Part shown: positions 1 to 12,663 of the stretch, piece by piece | How positions within the stretch are numbered: the first letter of the stretch is position 1 | Layout: every line of letters begins with the position of its first letter | Assembly (NCBI RefSeq): GCF_032062105.1 | Contig: NW_026940018.1 | Span: forward strand, 930,001 to 984,547 | Reading direction: 5' to 3' | DNA from: Saccostrea cucullata | Taxonomy: Eukaryota | Length of the DNA: 54,547 nucleotides | Translations under genes and position numbers: made by a program | Notes under the pieces: generated by a model | What the model was told of the DNA's origin: nothing | Databases searched by the model: none | What the model saw: only the letters and a program-made list of their open reading frames with translations

Positions 1-219
1 TTACCAGACTAGTATGTTCAAATAACCATAAAAGGTCGTCCTTGATCTTGACATATAAATATTAAAATTTTTATTTCAAGTACTTCCACCTGAACTGGTC
101 ACTGTATGAACACATGTTAACACTATCGCATCTAATTTCTTAGAAAGCCATATTATTTTTTTCAATTACAGAAACAACCATTTTAGCGTATCTGACAATA
201 TTCCATCAAGGATTTGCAT

Positions 220-1626
220 ATACAGGTGTGTTCCCTGAACGTCTACTCCCTATACAGGGGCGTAGTATCAGGGGGGGCCAGGCCCCCCCACTTTTTCTCC
301 CGACATTACCTTTACTATAGAAAATGTTTACTGAAAGGAAGGTTGGCCCCCCCACATTTCAGCAAAGGGTAGTGTTATAAGAAAATTAACCTCAAAAAGT
401 TTGAATTGAAAGATAGTTGGTCTTGGAAAAAGTTAGCCACTACCCCCCCCCCCCCCCCCCCCCCCCCCCCACGAAATAGGATTTTCGACTTCGGGCAACT
501 TTTAATTTTTTTTTTATTTTTTTTTTTTGCTTGTCAACTTTTTCTGGTAAGTAAAAAAATTTTTTCTCAGGTTGGCCCCCCCACTTCCAAAAACGATGCT
601 ACGCGCCTGCTATAAAAACAGTATAATTATCGCACTCAATTAAGGGGCCCCTCTAAGGGGTACAGGTAGCATTTACCTGTGTTACCTGTGTTTTAACCGG
701 TATGAATAAACTACATTATACCTGTATTTATAAGACTGTGCAAAAGACTTATATACGGAAAATCTTAGCAATAAGTCCTTTAAAATGAATTAAATGTTAT
801 TTAGATTTTTAATTATTTTTTACTCAACATTTCCAAGTATTTACTAGGTATTATAATCAATTTATATTAATCAATGTTTCAAAAATCTTACCAACAAGCC
901 CTATAAAATGAATTAAAAGTGTTCAAATTTTTAAATATTTTTTTACTTGAAGTATTTATTTTAATTTTGAAGTAAAAAACTACCTTCATTTAAATTAGAA
1001 AAAAAAAGATTATTTTATTTTGCTAATTAATCTTTAATTCTATTTATTTTTAATCAAAATGTTTCAAAGCAGCAAATGTTAATATCTTAACAATTTAAAT
1101 GTATTTTACATATTACAAAAAAATCTTTCATGGCCTACTCAGACTCCTCATCAGAGCTGTTACACCTTGGATAGTGATCATGAAGAAAAAATCTGATGTG
1201 ATATTAACTCTGTTTTCCATTTAAATATTAGATATGAAAAGAATATTAGATAGTTTCTAAAATGAGATGTTAATGAATATTGCTCAAAGTGTTTCATGTA
1301 TTTTAAAAATTAAATTTGTAAATAATAAACTTGGTTTCACTTGACATATATTTTTTCATAGTGCTTGTAATGAAATGTAATGAATTAAAAATAAAAATAT
1401 TTATGTGAAAAACCCTTGTTTAGTGTCTTGAAATATGGTTATTTAATGAAATAAATCGTGGTTTGATACAAATTCTTTATCAGAAAAATGAATTTATCTG
1501 ATTTAGACTGTTAAATCAGGATAACACAGGTAAACTCTACCTGTGGCCCTCAGAGGGCCTCTTAATTGAGTGTGATAATTATACTGTTTATATACGTAGT
1601 AGATGTTCAGGGAATAAACCCATATA
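220..1626. mobile_element. Non-autonomous TIR DNA transposon (~1.4 kb) with ~105-bp imperfect TIRs; left TIR split by a nested MITE
   Basis: Left end tatacaggtgtgttccctgaacgtctactccctata + aaaacagtataattatcgcactcaattaagggg...tttacctgtgttacc (220-254 joined to 611-687) is the imperfect reverse complement of 1519-1626. Confidence 0.8.
255..609. mobile_element. Poly-G/poly-C MITE inserted at a TA site inside the left TIR of the 220-1626 element
   Basis: Ends CAGGGGCGTAG / CTACGCGCCTG, with internal C and G homopolymer runs. Removing it restores the host TIR. Related fragments at ~1940-2180 and ~8075-8350. Confidence 0.75.
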
Positions 1627-1660
1627 CATATCATATGTCAACTATGAATATTGTCGTCTT

Positions 1661-4600
1661 TTAATCATTGATATCTTCGTGTTTTACTCTTGAATATATA
1701 CTGAAAGATGCAAGTTCCAACCAAATCATTCCAAAAGTGTTTTCGTCAAACACTACAAATTGGGCTTTAGAGAAGGAAGGGTTGACGTAGCGATCGGCTG
1801 CAATCTGTCCCAGAGCGGTGCATCTGAAATAATAAAACATGGGTTACATTAACGTAAGTACAATAAAAATTCTTGTACTTATATGTATAGGGAAAAATAA
1901 TCCCATCTGTAATTACAAGAAAATGTCTAATAATAGCGAGTAAAAAACTTGGAGCCCTCCCCCCTTTTTTTTCCATACATGAATTTTTACTAAAGAAAAA
2001 GTTCTTCATTTAAAGACTCCCCCCAACTTTTTGTTGTAGTATAGTAAAATAAGGCTAAGAGAAGTAGGAAACCTACATCTCCTTCCTGTTTTTTTTTTTT
2101 TTTTTTTGCTTTTCAAGTTTTTCCCAGGTGTGTTGAAAAAAATTCTCTGTCCCTCTTCCAAAAACGATGCTACATGCATGAATTACGACATCGTGTTAAG
2201 AGATTATTTTACGATATTTACTCACAGTATAATTTGAAGATAGTTAGAACGTAAATTTAGTATTTATTTTACTTGATACAAACAGACTTAAGTTGTTCTC
2301 ATTTTTCTCCTACCTGAAAGTACACGTTTTTGGTATATTCTGAATATCACGGTCATAGCAGTCCATGGGTAATTTAAATGGCTGCGTGTCGGGAGGAGGT
2401 TGTTGATCGTTCGATTCAGAGGCCTCCAGAAGCGCTGGAAGAGTTTCTTGCTGACTCGCTGTCAACACAAGAGTCGATGTTAAGTCTGCCTTCACGCTAA
2501 TTTTGGTTGCTGGTATATTCGGATCACCCTGTAGTTTTACAAGAACAAGAACAATAGAACATGAAGGATAAGGCAAAGCTGTGAAAAACTATTTCTCTAA
2601 TAGTGTTGTTTGATATACACCAAATTTTGAACTTCAAATAAAAAAGAAATAAAACGAAAGCCAATTTAACTCATTATTCCCGAGCATTATTTTGAAATTG
2701 AACGATTTTCATGTTATAATGTGCATGAAAGTTCCGTGTTTATTTGCGAAAATTTTGCATTATGACGCGATTACCCCCTCCCCCCTACAAAAATGAGCCC
2801 AATGTGTTTTCATTAATTACCACATGCAAATGTAAAGGTGATAAAAACTTACAAGCAATTAGAAGAATTGATATCAAGAATCAGTATATCAACAAATAGA
2901 CAATCCAACAATTAATGCAATATTACATTGCCTATCTTCTTCTGTTCCTACTTACAGTAATTTTGGTAGCAGTGGCTTCTGTCTTGTCTGTATTATAGTC
3001 CAGACTCAGAATCTCTATCCCATGGGCACTGTATGTCCCTTTAAACAGTCCGGGTTGTATGGGAACATTAGCTCTGGGCGCAGGAACTTCTAACGGTGTC
3101 CATCGATAATGATGCCTTTGGTATAGAATTTAAAAAATGTTAAGCAAATGGTATAGAAAGTCTAAGAATATTTACCCTATTTATTGTATGCAGTGAATTT
3201 ATACGCCAATTTCAGTTTCTATACTTTGGCTATTCATGAAAAATTCTTTTCAAGGACTTTTTTTATGAATTTAATCTTCTTTGAATCAGTTTGGTAAAAA
3301 TTGAGAAAAAAAATTAATTAATGTATGATCAAACATAGGAAATCAGAGATTACAGAGCTCACCTCAACGAATGTTGTCTTTAAGTAAGGCAAAGTCACAC
3401 AATTAACCAACAAAAAGTATACATTCCAAAAATGAAAATATTTTTAAAAGCAATTTTGATCTGATACTTTGAAATAGACCTACATAAAAAATTTAAACTA
3501 CTTCTTCATGAAAATGTAATGAAAATCCAGCATCTGAAGCAAATTTGAGAGTTTTCATCTCTTGATGCAGCATTTGTGCAAGTTTGGTTTATACAATGTT
3601 ATATAAGCCTTATAGTTTTTGGTAATAGACCTGCAACCATAACTTTTACCTCGTCTATTATCTGAAAAATGTATGTCCAATTCAGCATCTGAAGCAAGTC
3701 CATTAGTGTGCATCCTTAGATGTATCATCCATGCAAGTTTGCTCATTATAGGGCTCATAGTTTATTGGAAATGAAACATGCATCAAAACTAACATTTTCA
3801 CTCATCCACAAAAAGTAGGTCAGATTCAGCATCCGAAGTAAGCCTGGAAGTATGCATCCTTAGATGTATCATCTATGCAAGATTGGTCATTAAAGAACTC
3901 ATAGTTCCTTGGAAATGAAACCTGCATCAAAAACTTTTAACTAATCACTCAACCGGAAAATGTAGGTCAGATTCAGCATCCGAAGCAAGCCTGGTATTGT
4001 GCATCCTTAGATGTATCATCCATGCAAGTTTGGTCAACATAGGGCTTAAAGTTACTTGCAAATGAAACCTGCATCAACAACATTAACCTGTTCGCTCAAC
4101 TGGAAAATGTAGGTCAGATTCAGCATCCGAAGCAAGCCCGGTAGTACATGTGTGTATGCATCCTTAGATGTATCATCCATGCAAGTTTGGTCAACATAGG
4201 GCTTAAAGTTACTTGGAAATGAAACCCTCACCAAAAACTTTAACCTGTTCACTCAACCGGAAAATGTAGGTCAGATCAGCATCCGAAGCAAGCCCGGTAG
4301 TATGCATCCTTAGATGTATCATCCATGCAAGTTTGGTCAACATAGGGCTTTTAGTTACTTGGAAATGAAACCTACACCAAAAACTTTAACCTGTTCACTC
4401 AACCGGAAAATGTAGGTCAGATTCAGCATCCGAAGCAAGCCCGGTAGTATGCATCCTTAGATGTATCATCCATGCAAGTTTGGTCAACATAGGGCTTATA
4501 ACTTGGAAATGAAACCCACACCAAAAACTGCACCAAAAATGTTAACCTGCTCCAAAAACATTAACCTGGTAATTCCTTTGCTGAAATGGCAGCATCTGAA

Positions 4601-7600
4601 ACTTTGTCTGGTACAATAAAACACACTAAAACCATCTTCCATGCATGTCTAATCAGTATAGGACACAGAAGTAATTAAAAAGAAACTGCTCCAAAAAACT
4701 TAACCTTAACCTGGGACGCCGACGCCGAGGGTATCACATAAGCTCCCCCCAACTTCGTTGAGGTGAGCTAAAAAACGGTCCATATATAGTCAACACAGCC
4801 AAAGACCGCGAAAATCTAATATCAAATTAAACCTTGCAGGTTACATATCATATATAAGATACTAGTATATAAAAATATGTAGAATATTTTCTACCATTCT
4901 CTCATAAAAAAGTAATAGTGAAGGTGAATGGAAGAAACTAAATGTGTGAGAATCAGTCTATTCAATACATGAATTAGACGTACAAATATTTATTCTCGGA
5001 AAACGTTTTACCCCCTCCCTCTCTCCCTCCACTAGGCAAAAAATAAAGGGGGGTTACAACCCCGGACCCCCCCCCCCCCCCCCCCCTGGATCCGCCTATG
5101 AATAATAACATTTCAAAAAAAATACAACATTTTAAAGGATTTCTATACTTTGAGGACAGGTAGCTTTTTCCTCTTCTTTTGTAACAATGCCTGTAGATGT
5201 CCATCGCTTCCTCAGAGCCCAGCTCTTCTTCCATCCACTGCAAAAAGACACGCCAGCATTACAATTTTATGTGTATATCCATAGATCTAAGGTCTATGGT
5301 ATATTGTACAATTATGCAATGTTCCTATAAAATGTTTTATTTGAGCTACACATGTATGTGAACAGCTGTGGTACTACATGTATTAATGACTTTGTTGCAT
5401 TTTTGTGATATATCAAGGCATATGTCTTTACACCTATTGTGATGTGATTTTTGATGATTTTTTTTCCGTGGACCTACTTAAAATATTTGAATAATTGTGT
5501 AAAAATCAAACAAGCTTTGGGGTGCATATCAAAAACGGGAGAAAACTCGTAACAAATCTGTGACTAATGCTTCTAATTAGTTTTAATCAAAATCTCTGCA
5601 TTAGAATCTGAATATGTCCCAAATTATATAACAATAATGAATACATGAACCATTGAGCAAATTCAAACCCGTACCAAGCATTTTGTTACTTATACCTGTC
5701 TGATGGATTCCTCATTATGATTCTGTCAGTACTTTATACTTGTACCCGACTGAAGCAATCCTCATTCTGTTTTTGTTAAGAAATTGATTTTTTTATACCT
5801 GATCAAGAGATTCCTCTTTATGTTTAGGACCCTTGTATTCAAGAATTCTTCCCTTCTGAAATTCATAAAATGATCCTAAAAGTACACATAATACGGAAAT
5901 TCTTAACTTTTGTTTGCAATAAAATATGCTTTGGAAAGTAAAATAAGAGTTTTTCAAATCTATTAAAATAAATTTACTAAAATTCACTTTTTTAAAAAAA
6001 TAATAATCCCCTACTAAGACATAATAATTATGTGTAATTAGTAGGGATGTCAAATCGGTCAATTTTTAATCTTACTGATGGATTCCTCGGTAAAAGTGTA
6101 AATAAATATGAACAAGTTAATTGATAACTGTAAAACATTGTAAATTCTTGTACAAATTAAACCGATAGGAGGTTACCTGCAAATGCGTTGTAAAAATTAT
6201 GACCACTTTGTAACGGACGAAATTTAATCTAATTTTTTTAAAGTTCAATTTATTTATGTAAATAAGAAATAAAATATATGTTCACAGTGTTTTTGTTTAA
6301 AAAATAATCTGTTCCGTAATTGTAATGCAATTCCTCTTTGACGTGTGATAAGTTGGACTACATGTATGGTATAAACTTGATGTTATCCTTAACAGAGATT
6401 TATACGATCTTCGTACACTTTTTGATCCTAGATTTCATAAAATTCATAAAATGATCCATTTGCATTAAATGTAATACACATAATCGCACGTGCGGAAATT
6501 CTTCTGAGAATTGACTTTTGATTTATTTAAATATTGCAATAAAATAATTAAAGCTTTGGCAAGGTAAAATAAGAGATAATTTTTAAACAACATAACTATT
6601 AAAATAAATGTACAAGTGCAAAACATTTTACGTTTGAAAACCGATGTTTTTTTTTGCTTTAAAAAAATACATCCGAGTAGACATAATAATTATGTGTAAT
6701 TAGGCAACATTAACAGTAAAAATATTCTATAGCCCACATACAGTATCAATTTTTGAGCAGTTTCTATGACAATCTTTATTCGAGTTATACCCCTTTTTTA
6801 AAACATCTGTCACTGAAAATAACTCTATATAATCAAGCTCATGTATATCTGTGTGCATGTGATGATGTGCGATTCAGTTTTAATTAAAAAATATATATAT
6901 TTTATATTATTTTTTTATGGGCAAAAGAAGTTTTATATCTTACCAATTTGTCTTCCTCAACTCTTATAGAGCATGGACTTTCTTCACAGGGGGTACTGTG
7001 TACAGAAATGATCTTGATTTTTCCCGAGGACGTCAGTGAAATTGTAAATATTGTCTTCCTCCGCAGTGGCCTCTCCACATGTGGACTGACTGGAGCTAGA
7101 AGTTCAACACCCTTGATACATCCGCTGTCATACTAGGATTCAAAACATCAGTTTAAAAAAATATTGAGATAAAATAAAATCAATAAACAAAATGAAAAAG
7201 TTCAGAAATGTTAACAGTATTTTACCATTACCTTAACTTGCATAAGTCCTCCATAATATTTAAAATCTCTCCACCACAGCCCCACCAGATCGCCGTAAAG
7301 ATGTAAAACTGCATAAAAAGCATCATTTAAAAAAATTCCTGTACGTACTGATGTCTTGTACCCCCCCCCCCCCCCCAAAAAAAAAAAAAAAAAAAAAAAA
7401 ACAGATAATGTAGATAAAAATAAATGAAAATAATTTTCTTATCTTACCTTTATGGTAGAGTTCTCGGTATGTAACATTCCAACCATTAATGGATTTAAAC
7501 TTATATTCTGTAAAATAAATTAAAATTGCAGTTTGCATACATTTTGAATTTAGGGTAAAAATTAATAATTTTACTAATTCATTCATCAGCAAATATCATA

Positions 7601-7893
7601 ACATCATGAAAATTTTCGATAAGAACCATTTATTTCCAAGTTTGTCATTGAAAATATTACGATTCTAACATTTAGGCACCTATGGGCCTCCATACAAATT
7701 CTACACACAAACCATAACAAACCAAATGACTAGTGACAGTACCTTCTTCACATTTCCTTTTCCAGATCGATTCATCGTAAGCTATGTCTCTAAGCTGTTT
7801 ACACGATAGACACACATTCTGAAGGTCCTTCCCAGGGATATTCCGTAGAATTCTTGTCAGTAATTCAGGGGGTAGTAAAAGCAATTCCGTCAT
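1661..7893 (-). CDS. FBXO31: F-box only protein 31 orthologue, 9 coding exons, 386 aa
   Basis: GT-AG exons 7893-7743, 7507-7448, 7308-7232, 7132-6944, 5855-5799, 5237-5149, 3115-2956, 2528-2314, 1823-1661 join in frame (1161 nt, TAA at 1663-1661). N-terminal F-box LLLLPPELLTRILRNIPGKDLQNVCLSCKQLR. FBXO31-typical motifs: LVGLWWRDFKYYGGL, IQPGLFKGTYSAHGIEI, KITGDPNIPA, QPFKLP, FDENTFGMIWLELASFSIYSRV. Confidence 0.93.
3350..4775. mobile_element. HINE/Helentron-type non-autonomous element carrying a ~147-bp tandem array, in FBXO31 intron 6
   Basis: Subterminal inverted repeat gagctcacctcaacga (~3355) / tcgttgaggtgagct (~4756) followed by AAAAA. Unit cagattcagcatccgaagcaag... recurs at ~3821, 3968, 4116, 4272, 4418, with degenerate copies at both edges. 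Confidence 0.75.
5696..5749 (-). pseudogene. Degenerate tandem duplicate of FBXO31 exon 5 with in-frame TGA (pseudo-exon or poison exon)
   Basis: ttcag|TCG GGT ACA AGT ATA AAG TAC TGA CAG AAT CAT AAT GAG GAA TCC ATC AGA CAG|gtata = SGTSIKY*QNHNEESIRQ, versus exon 5 KGRILEYKGPKHKEESLDQ. Same phase 0/0 and same splice-site contexts. Confidence 0.65.
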
Positions 7894-8684
7894 TACGAAA
7901 CGCACCGAATTAACATCAAGAGAGATAACTCTGTTTATTTATCAAGTTTATAATATGCTCAACAAGGAAAGTGGAAATTCGAGATGTCCTTATTGCAGTC
8001 GTGCTAAGCGACATATAAGAATAAATCTGAACATTTTTCAAGCAATTGTTCAAAGCAAAAATGTAGTAAAATATAGTCACGAGGTGTCCCCCCCACTTTC
8101 ATTGCAATCGTGCCCCCCCCCCCCCACTTTTTAATGAAGAACAAAATCAAGCTATATTTCCCCAACAACTATAGGAAATGTTTATGAAGAACATTTTCTT
8201 GGAAAGAAATACAACTTGCCTTTGGAAAAGTTCCACAAAGCAAAAATAGTTTGGGGAACTTTCAATTTTCTTTCTTTTTTTTTTTTTTGCTTGTCAAAGA
8301 ATTTCTGGAGTTGAGCCCCCCCCCCACTTTTAAGTTTGTGACTACGCCTCTGAGTAAAACATATCATATATAAATATAAATTCTCTCTATGCTAGATATC
8401 ATGGTTTAAATGTTGCTATAGAATTTCACATAAAAACTTTTCAAAGAACTTAAATATTTTCTCTGGAAATTATTGAAACTACGAATTTCGGGACGTGTTT
8501 GACAAATCTTTAATTGTACATTCACCAAGTAAACTTTAAAATCCTTTTAAAATACTTAAGAAAAGTAGAAATTTTGTTGTGTATTAATGACAAATAATGA
8601 CATGCAGAAATAGACGTTAGAAAGCAAAACCATCTCACCAGTATTGCCAGTCCGTGCTTAGTGATGTGAACACACTCGGTGAAA

Positions 8685-8957
8685 CGTTTGTTTGTTGCTT
8701 ATTCACTCATATGGAGACACTTGCAGGTGGAGGTGGAGGACTTTTAAAAGATTTTGAATTATACTCGGGCCCATTGAGCAGTGAAAGATCTCTTTCATGC
8801 CACCTACAGCGCCGACACGGGACCTCGGCTTATATTGTCACATCCGAAGGACCGGTCTCCACGTCCCACAGTGAGATTCGAACCTGCGACGTAAGGATTA
8901 ACTAATTACTCCGCGACTCGAGAGGCTGAGCAGACTAACCGCTGTGCCACGTGGGTG
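8685..8957 (-). mobile_element. tRNA-derived SINE (older copy, minus orientation)
   Basis: Reverse-complement B box (gattcgaacc ~8875) and A box (ctaaccgctgtgccac ~8935). Body similar to the reverse complement of 9126-9369; (tttg)n tail at ~8686. Confidence 0.75.
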
Positions 8958-9125
8958 AAACATTTTTTTTCTGTGAATAGGGTACTTGACTGACTCTTTT
9001 GTTGTTAATGTTTAATGTATAAGCCCCTTCAATTGTGAAAAAATATAAAAATATTCAGCTCCTCTATTTTGATTGTTTAAGTCTCTTGCAGAATGTGCAG
9101 TAAGGATCTTTTTCGTGCCAGCATG

Positions 9126-9369
9126 TCGCCCGCGTGGCGCAGTGGTTAGAGCGTCTGCTCCAGAGTCGCAAAGTCGATTCGTACGTCGCAGGTTCGAATC
9201 CCACTGTGGGACGTGGAGACCGGTCCGTATAAACCGAGGTCCTGTGTCGCAGTAGATGCTGACACGAAAAAGATCCCTCGTTGCTCAATGGCCCTAAGTG
9301 CCGAGTATAGGAAAGAAAATTGTTACTCTCCACAAGTGGTGGTGGGACGTTAAATAGCATTCAATCAAT
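9126..9369 (+). mobile_element. Young tRNA-derived SINE with tRNA-like head and (TCAA)n tail
   Basis: A box TGGCGCAGTGG (9135-9145), B box GGTTCGAATCC (9191-9201), ~160-bp non-tRNA body, tail ttcaatcaat. Flanked by imperfect TSD cgtgccagca / cgtgtcagca. Confidence 0.85.
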
Positions 9370-9472
9370 CGTGTCAGCAATTACCGCGACACGGACTCTC
9401 GGTTTATTTAGTCTCATCCGCGCGAAGGACCAATCTCCATTCAGATTCTAACGAGCGAAGTAAGGATGGATC

Positions 9473-9556
9473 TAGTCCGAAATATCAGACGTTTTCCTGG
9501 CTTTTTAACGATTTTGATATTTTACTTGCCAGGAAAACGTCAGATATTTCGGACTA
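9473..9556. mobile_element. 84-bp MITE with 29-bp TIRs and 9-bp TSD (AcademH- or MULE-like)
   Basis: TIR tagtccgaaatatcagacgttttcctggc / gccaggaaaacgtcagatatttcggacta (1 mismatch). Perfect TSD GGATGGATC at 9464-9472 and 9557-9565. Confidence 0.85.
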
Positions 9557-10336
9557 GGATGGATCATGAAGGCCTTCATGTACACTTTACTCCGCGACTC
9601 TTACAGCATACATGTACCATAAACCTGTAACCTGCTATACAGCAGTTTGCTTTAGGTCTGTATAACCACTGTACCATAGGGCTATCTTTTAGCAAGGACC
9701 TTTAGGTCTCGGCTCTTGGTCTAGATTCTTTAAAAAAGGCACTGTTATGTTTCAGCATTTTGGTTGAAATAAATCATGATGAATTGAAGAAACAATACGA
9801 AATGTGTAAAGAGTACATAACACACGACCACCTTGAATTTCCAGAGGTAGAATTAGGTAGCGTGGGGGTGGGGGGTAACCATCTCCTGTTGACCAATGTT
9901 TACTAGTGACTACCGCGTCTGGTTTAAAAGCTTCACGGATATCTTGCTCATGCAAAGCTGATCATTTTCATTTTGGGAAAAAATAATCTTCCTGTTTGTC
10001 ATTTCTTCATTTTACCGCCTTACGTGTTTATGAAACCTTTCAAATACAGTATTTAGTTACACAGTGCATTCACAATTATTACTAAAGGGTGCAAATACTT
10101 AGCTTTAATATTCGGAAATTTCCTTCTCTTAACAATGAGAGTAAGAATTTATTTCAGCTCTCATTTATTTATACTTACTATTACAAACGTGAACACGAAA
10201 TAATAACCCTAAATAAAGAAAATGGATGCAACTAATTAATTTAATATGTAAAGAGGACATTTGGATATACACACTGTACAATCATATCCCAATGAAAGAT
10301 TTAAAAGTTTCCTTTTCTCCAACAGTTATATTTAAT

Positions 10337-11965
10337 CTACACCATGCGGTGATTGGTTACGAATGTCTGCTCACGTGACATTTGACACATTGCACAGCAC
10401 TGGCAGCAGACAACAGTACAACAATCCTTGCAGATCGTTCCCTGAAAGCATGAACAAAGTATGTATTCAAATAATAAAAATGTTTTTGATAAATTGGTTT
10501 TTCATCCGATTTCTTGCTTACTAGTATGTGGCTAAACAGACAAATCATGTTCCCCGCGTTTTACGACAGCTAGACCCTTGGAATTACATGTACTAGTAAT
10601 TCACAGATTCAAAAATTTCTTTTATAATGTCAAATGAGAACATCCCCCCCGATACTAATAATGAAAATAAGATCCTCAATTTTGTGTTACCTATACATGT
10701 AAGTAAGTGAAGGTACTTACATTTATGCGTGTCTGAGTGCGGACTTTGGTACGCAGAGAAATCAATGCGCACGTACTACCCATAGCAAGAGGCAGGCACG
10801 TATTTTCTCCTAGCTTCTTGGACAAATAGCATGGATAGAAAAAGCAGCCGCACCATAGTACTCCACAGCCTTAAATATAAAAATGTTTTTCCATGAACAA
10901 TGTGACTGCCAGTGAAATGATAATATTATTTTTATCAAACAAAAGATGTATAATCTCACGTACATGATTTCATGTCGGAGCAGCAAGAGCACAGACCAGA
11001 ACTCCAGTCTCGAGGGGATTTTATGGCGTTCTGTTGACCAAGCTGCAGAGAAAGGACAGATTTCAATGACACTGGATCTTTTGTTACTATTAACAACTCA
11101 TTAAAGGTGAAATTTTAGCTTTTAGGTCCTCATGCATTGATCAAAAAATGTGTCCTCTCGAAAAATTAATAATGACTACAAAGTCTTCGTAATTCTAACT
11201 CTTAAACCTGTTTAAATACGAGGCTGTCCAATGCAGGAAGAATTAACCCAACCTTTATTTTAAAATAATTTTAATATGTACTGATCTTCTAAAATACTAG
11301 ACTGCCTAGTAAAACGAAAATGACCCCATTGCGTCAATAATTGTACAAAGGACCCCTTTGGAAATACGCTTTCAAGCTTTCATAGGCTCTCTTTGGTCAT
11401 TTCGAATATAAACATATTTTATATACAGACAAAAAAATAAAATTAAAAAATACCGGGTATTTATGGATTAAACAGAATGACTTACGTAATTAAACGCTTG
11501 CCGCGGAGTAGGTTTTTGAGCCACAGGTGGAGGGGTACCAAGATCACTTCTTGGGGGTGGTCTTTGTCCGTATTGGTCGGCATATGGAGCCGGACTTCTA
11601 TGTTTTGGAGCCATTCTGACCTGGTCGCCTTGATACATTGGACTGGGCTGTCCAGACCTTGGCATTGTTTTCGACTGTCCACCCCTTCGGACATTCGCCT
11701 CGTCTTGTCCATACCTTCCATCCGTTTCTCTAGACATTGGCACTCTGCCAGGTTGGTTCGTTATTGGCATCCTATCGTGTCTTCCAGGATATGGTACTCT
11801 GTCAATTGTATTGGCTTCCCTGGGTCTTTCATGTTGGCCAATCGTTGCTACCCTTTCAGGCTGTCCTGTGATTGGAATCCATTCTGGTTCTGATAGTGGT
11901 ACTTCTTCGAACTCCCCGTTCATGGGCGGAGGAGCTGGGAAGTCATATTCACCGTCTCTGTTCAT
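10337..11965 (-). CDS. PLAC8/cornifelin-family Cys-rich protein, copy 1 (270 aa, long Pro/Gln/Arg-rich N-terminus)
   Basis: Exons 11965-11486, 11042-10964, 10869-10721, 10441-10337 are in frame (813 nt). PLAC8 domain RDWSSGLCSCCSDMKSCCGVLWCGC...LGE...SLRTKVRTQTRINGTICKDCCTVVCCQCCAMCQMSRE. Confidence 0.9.
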
Positions 11966-12663
11966 AAGGGATGGTAAAAATGCAACTTTCTTTGCTCGAA
12001 ATGGAATTGACCTAACTATTCCCTGACCATTTCAGACTGAAGCCAAATACAGTGTTTAAATTGTCATATAAAAATTAATTCGACTAAAAAGTTGGGGAAT
12101 GGAAGAAAAGTAGGAACGAGGAAATATATATATACATTTTAAAGGATCAGTTCTTAAAAGATGATTGCTGGTAAAGTATTTGCACTTGTGTCAAGTAGCT
12201 GGACGGAGTTGGAACCCTTGATACCAATAACACTCGTACTTCTGGATTTTGTTCATGAATTTAAAGCTCTCGGCTTGAAAATGTATGTCTTATAACTCAT
12301 CTTAGTTGATAAAAAGTTCTAATAAAAATTGTGCATTATTTAACAAATGCAGAAATAATTTTAATTTTCCCATAAGCGAAGATTTGGAGGTAAATACTTA
12401 TAGTGTTTGCCCTGTCCATCCGTCTTTTCGTCTAATCTTACTCATAACTTTTAAATGGGTTGGGCTATGGTTTTCAACTTTTCATATATAGGCAGGTGTA
12501 TTCTTTGTGACAATACCTTTCATTGGGTACCACGAATTTGACCCCTTGACCTTGGAATTTGCCCACTTTTACAAAAAATTACCAAACTTGAACATAACTC
12601 TTTGAACAGTTCGTACCAGGGTTTTGATACTTACCATGTGTAACCCTTCAATGGGTAAAACTA

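Larger units (their letters stand above)
9095..9678 (-). mobile_element. Degenerate minus-strand SINE acting as host for a younger SINE and an 84-bp MITE
   Basis: gcagtaaggatctttttcgtgccagca (9098-9123) continues after the inserted SINE as attaccgcgacacggactctcggttta...tctcatccg...gaaggacc and ends taaccactgtaccat (~9663-9677, A-box-like on minus). Confidence 0.6.

Noticed and set aside
5726-5728. Selenocysteine recoding of the TGA in the duplicate exon
   Set aside because: No SECIS identified, the region 3' of the gene is TE-derived, and FBXO31 is not a known selenoprotein.
9126-9210. tRNA-Trp(CCA)-like gene
   Set aside because: The stems pair poorly, there is no oligo-T terminator, and it continues into a SINE body and (TCAA)n tail with a TSD. 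It is a SINE head.
11477-12026. Plus-strand 138-aa and 71-aa ORFs and alternative-frame 79-aa ORF
   Set aside because: Shadows of the GC-rich first coding exon of PLAC8 copy 1.
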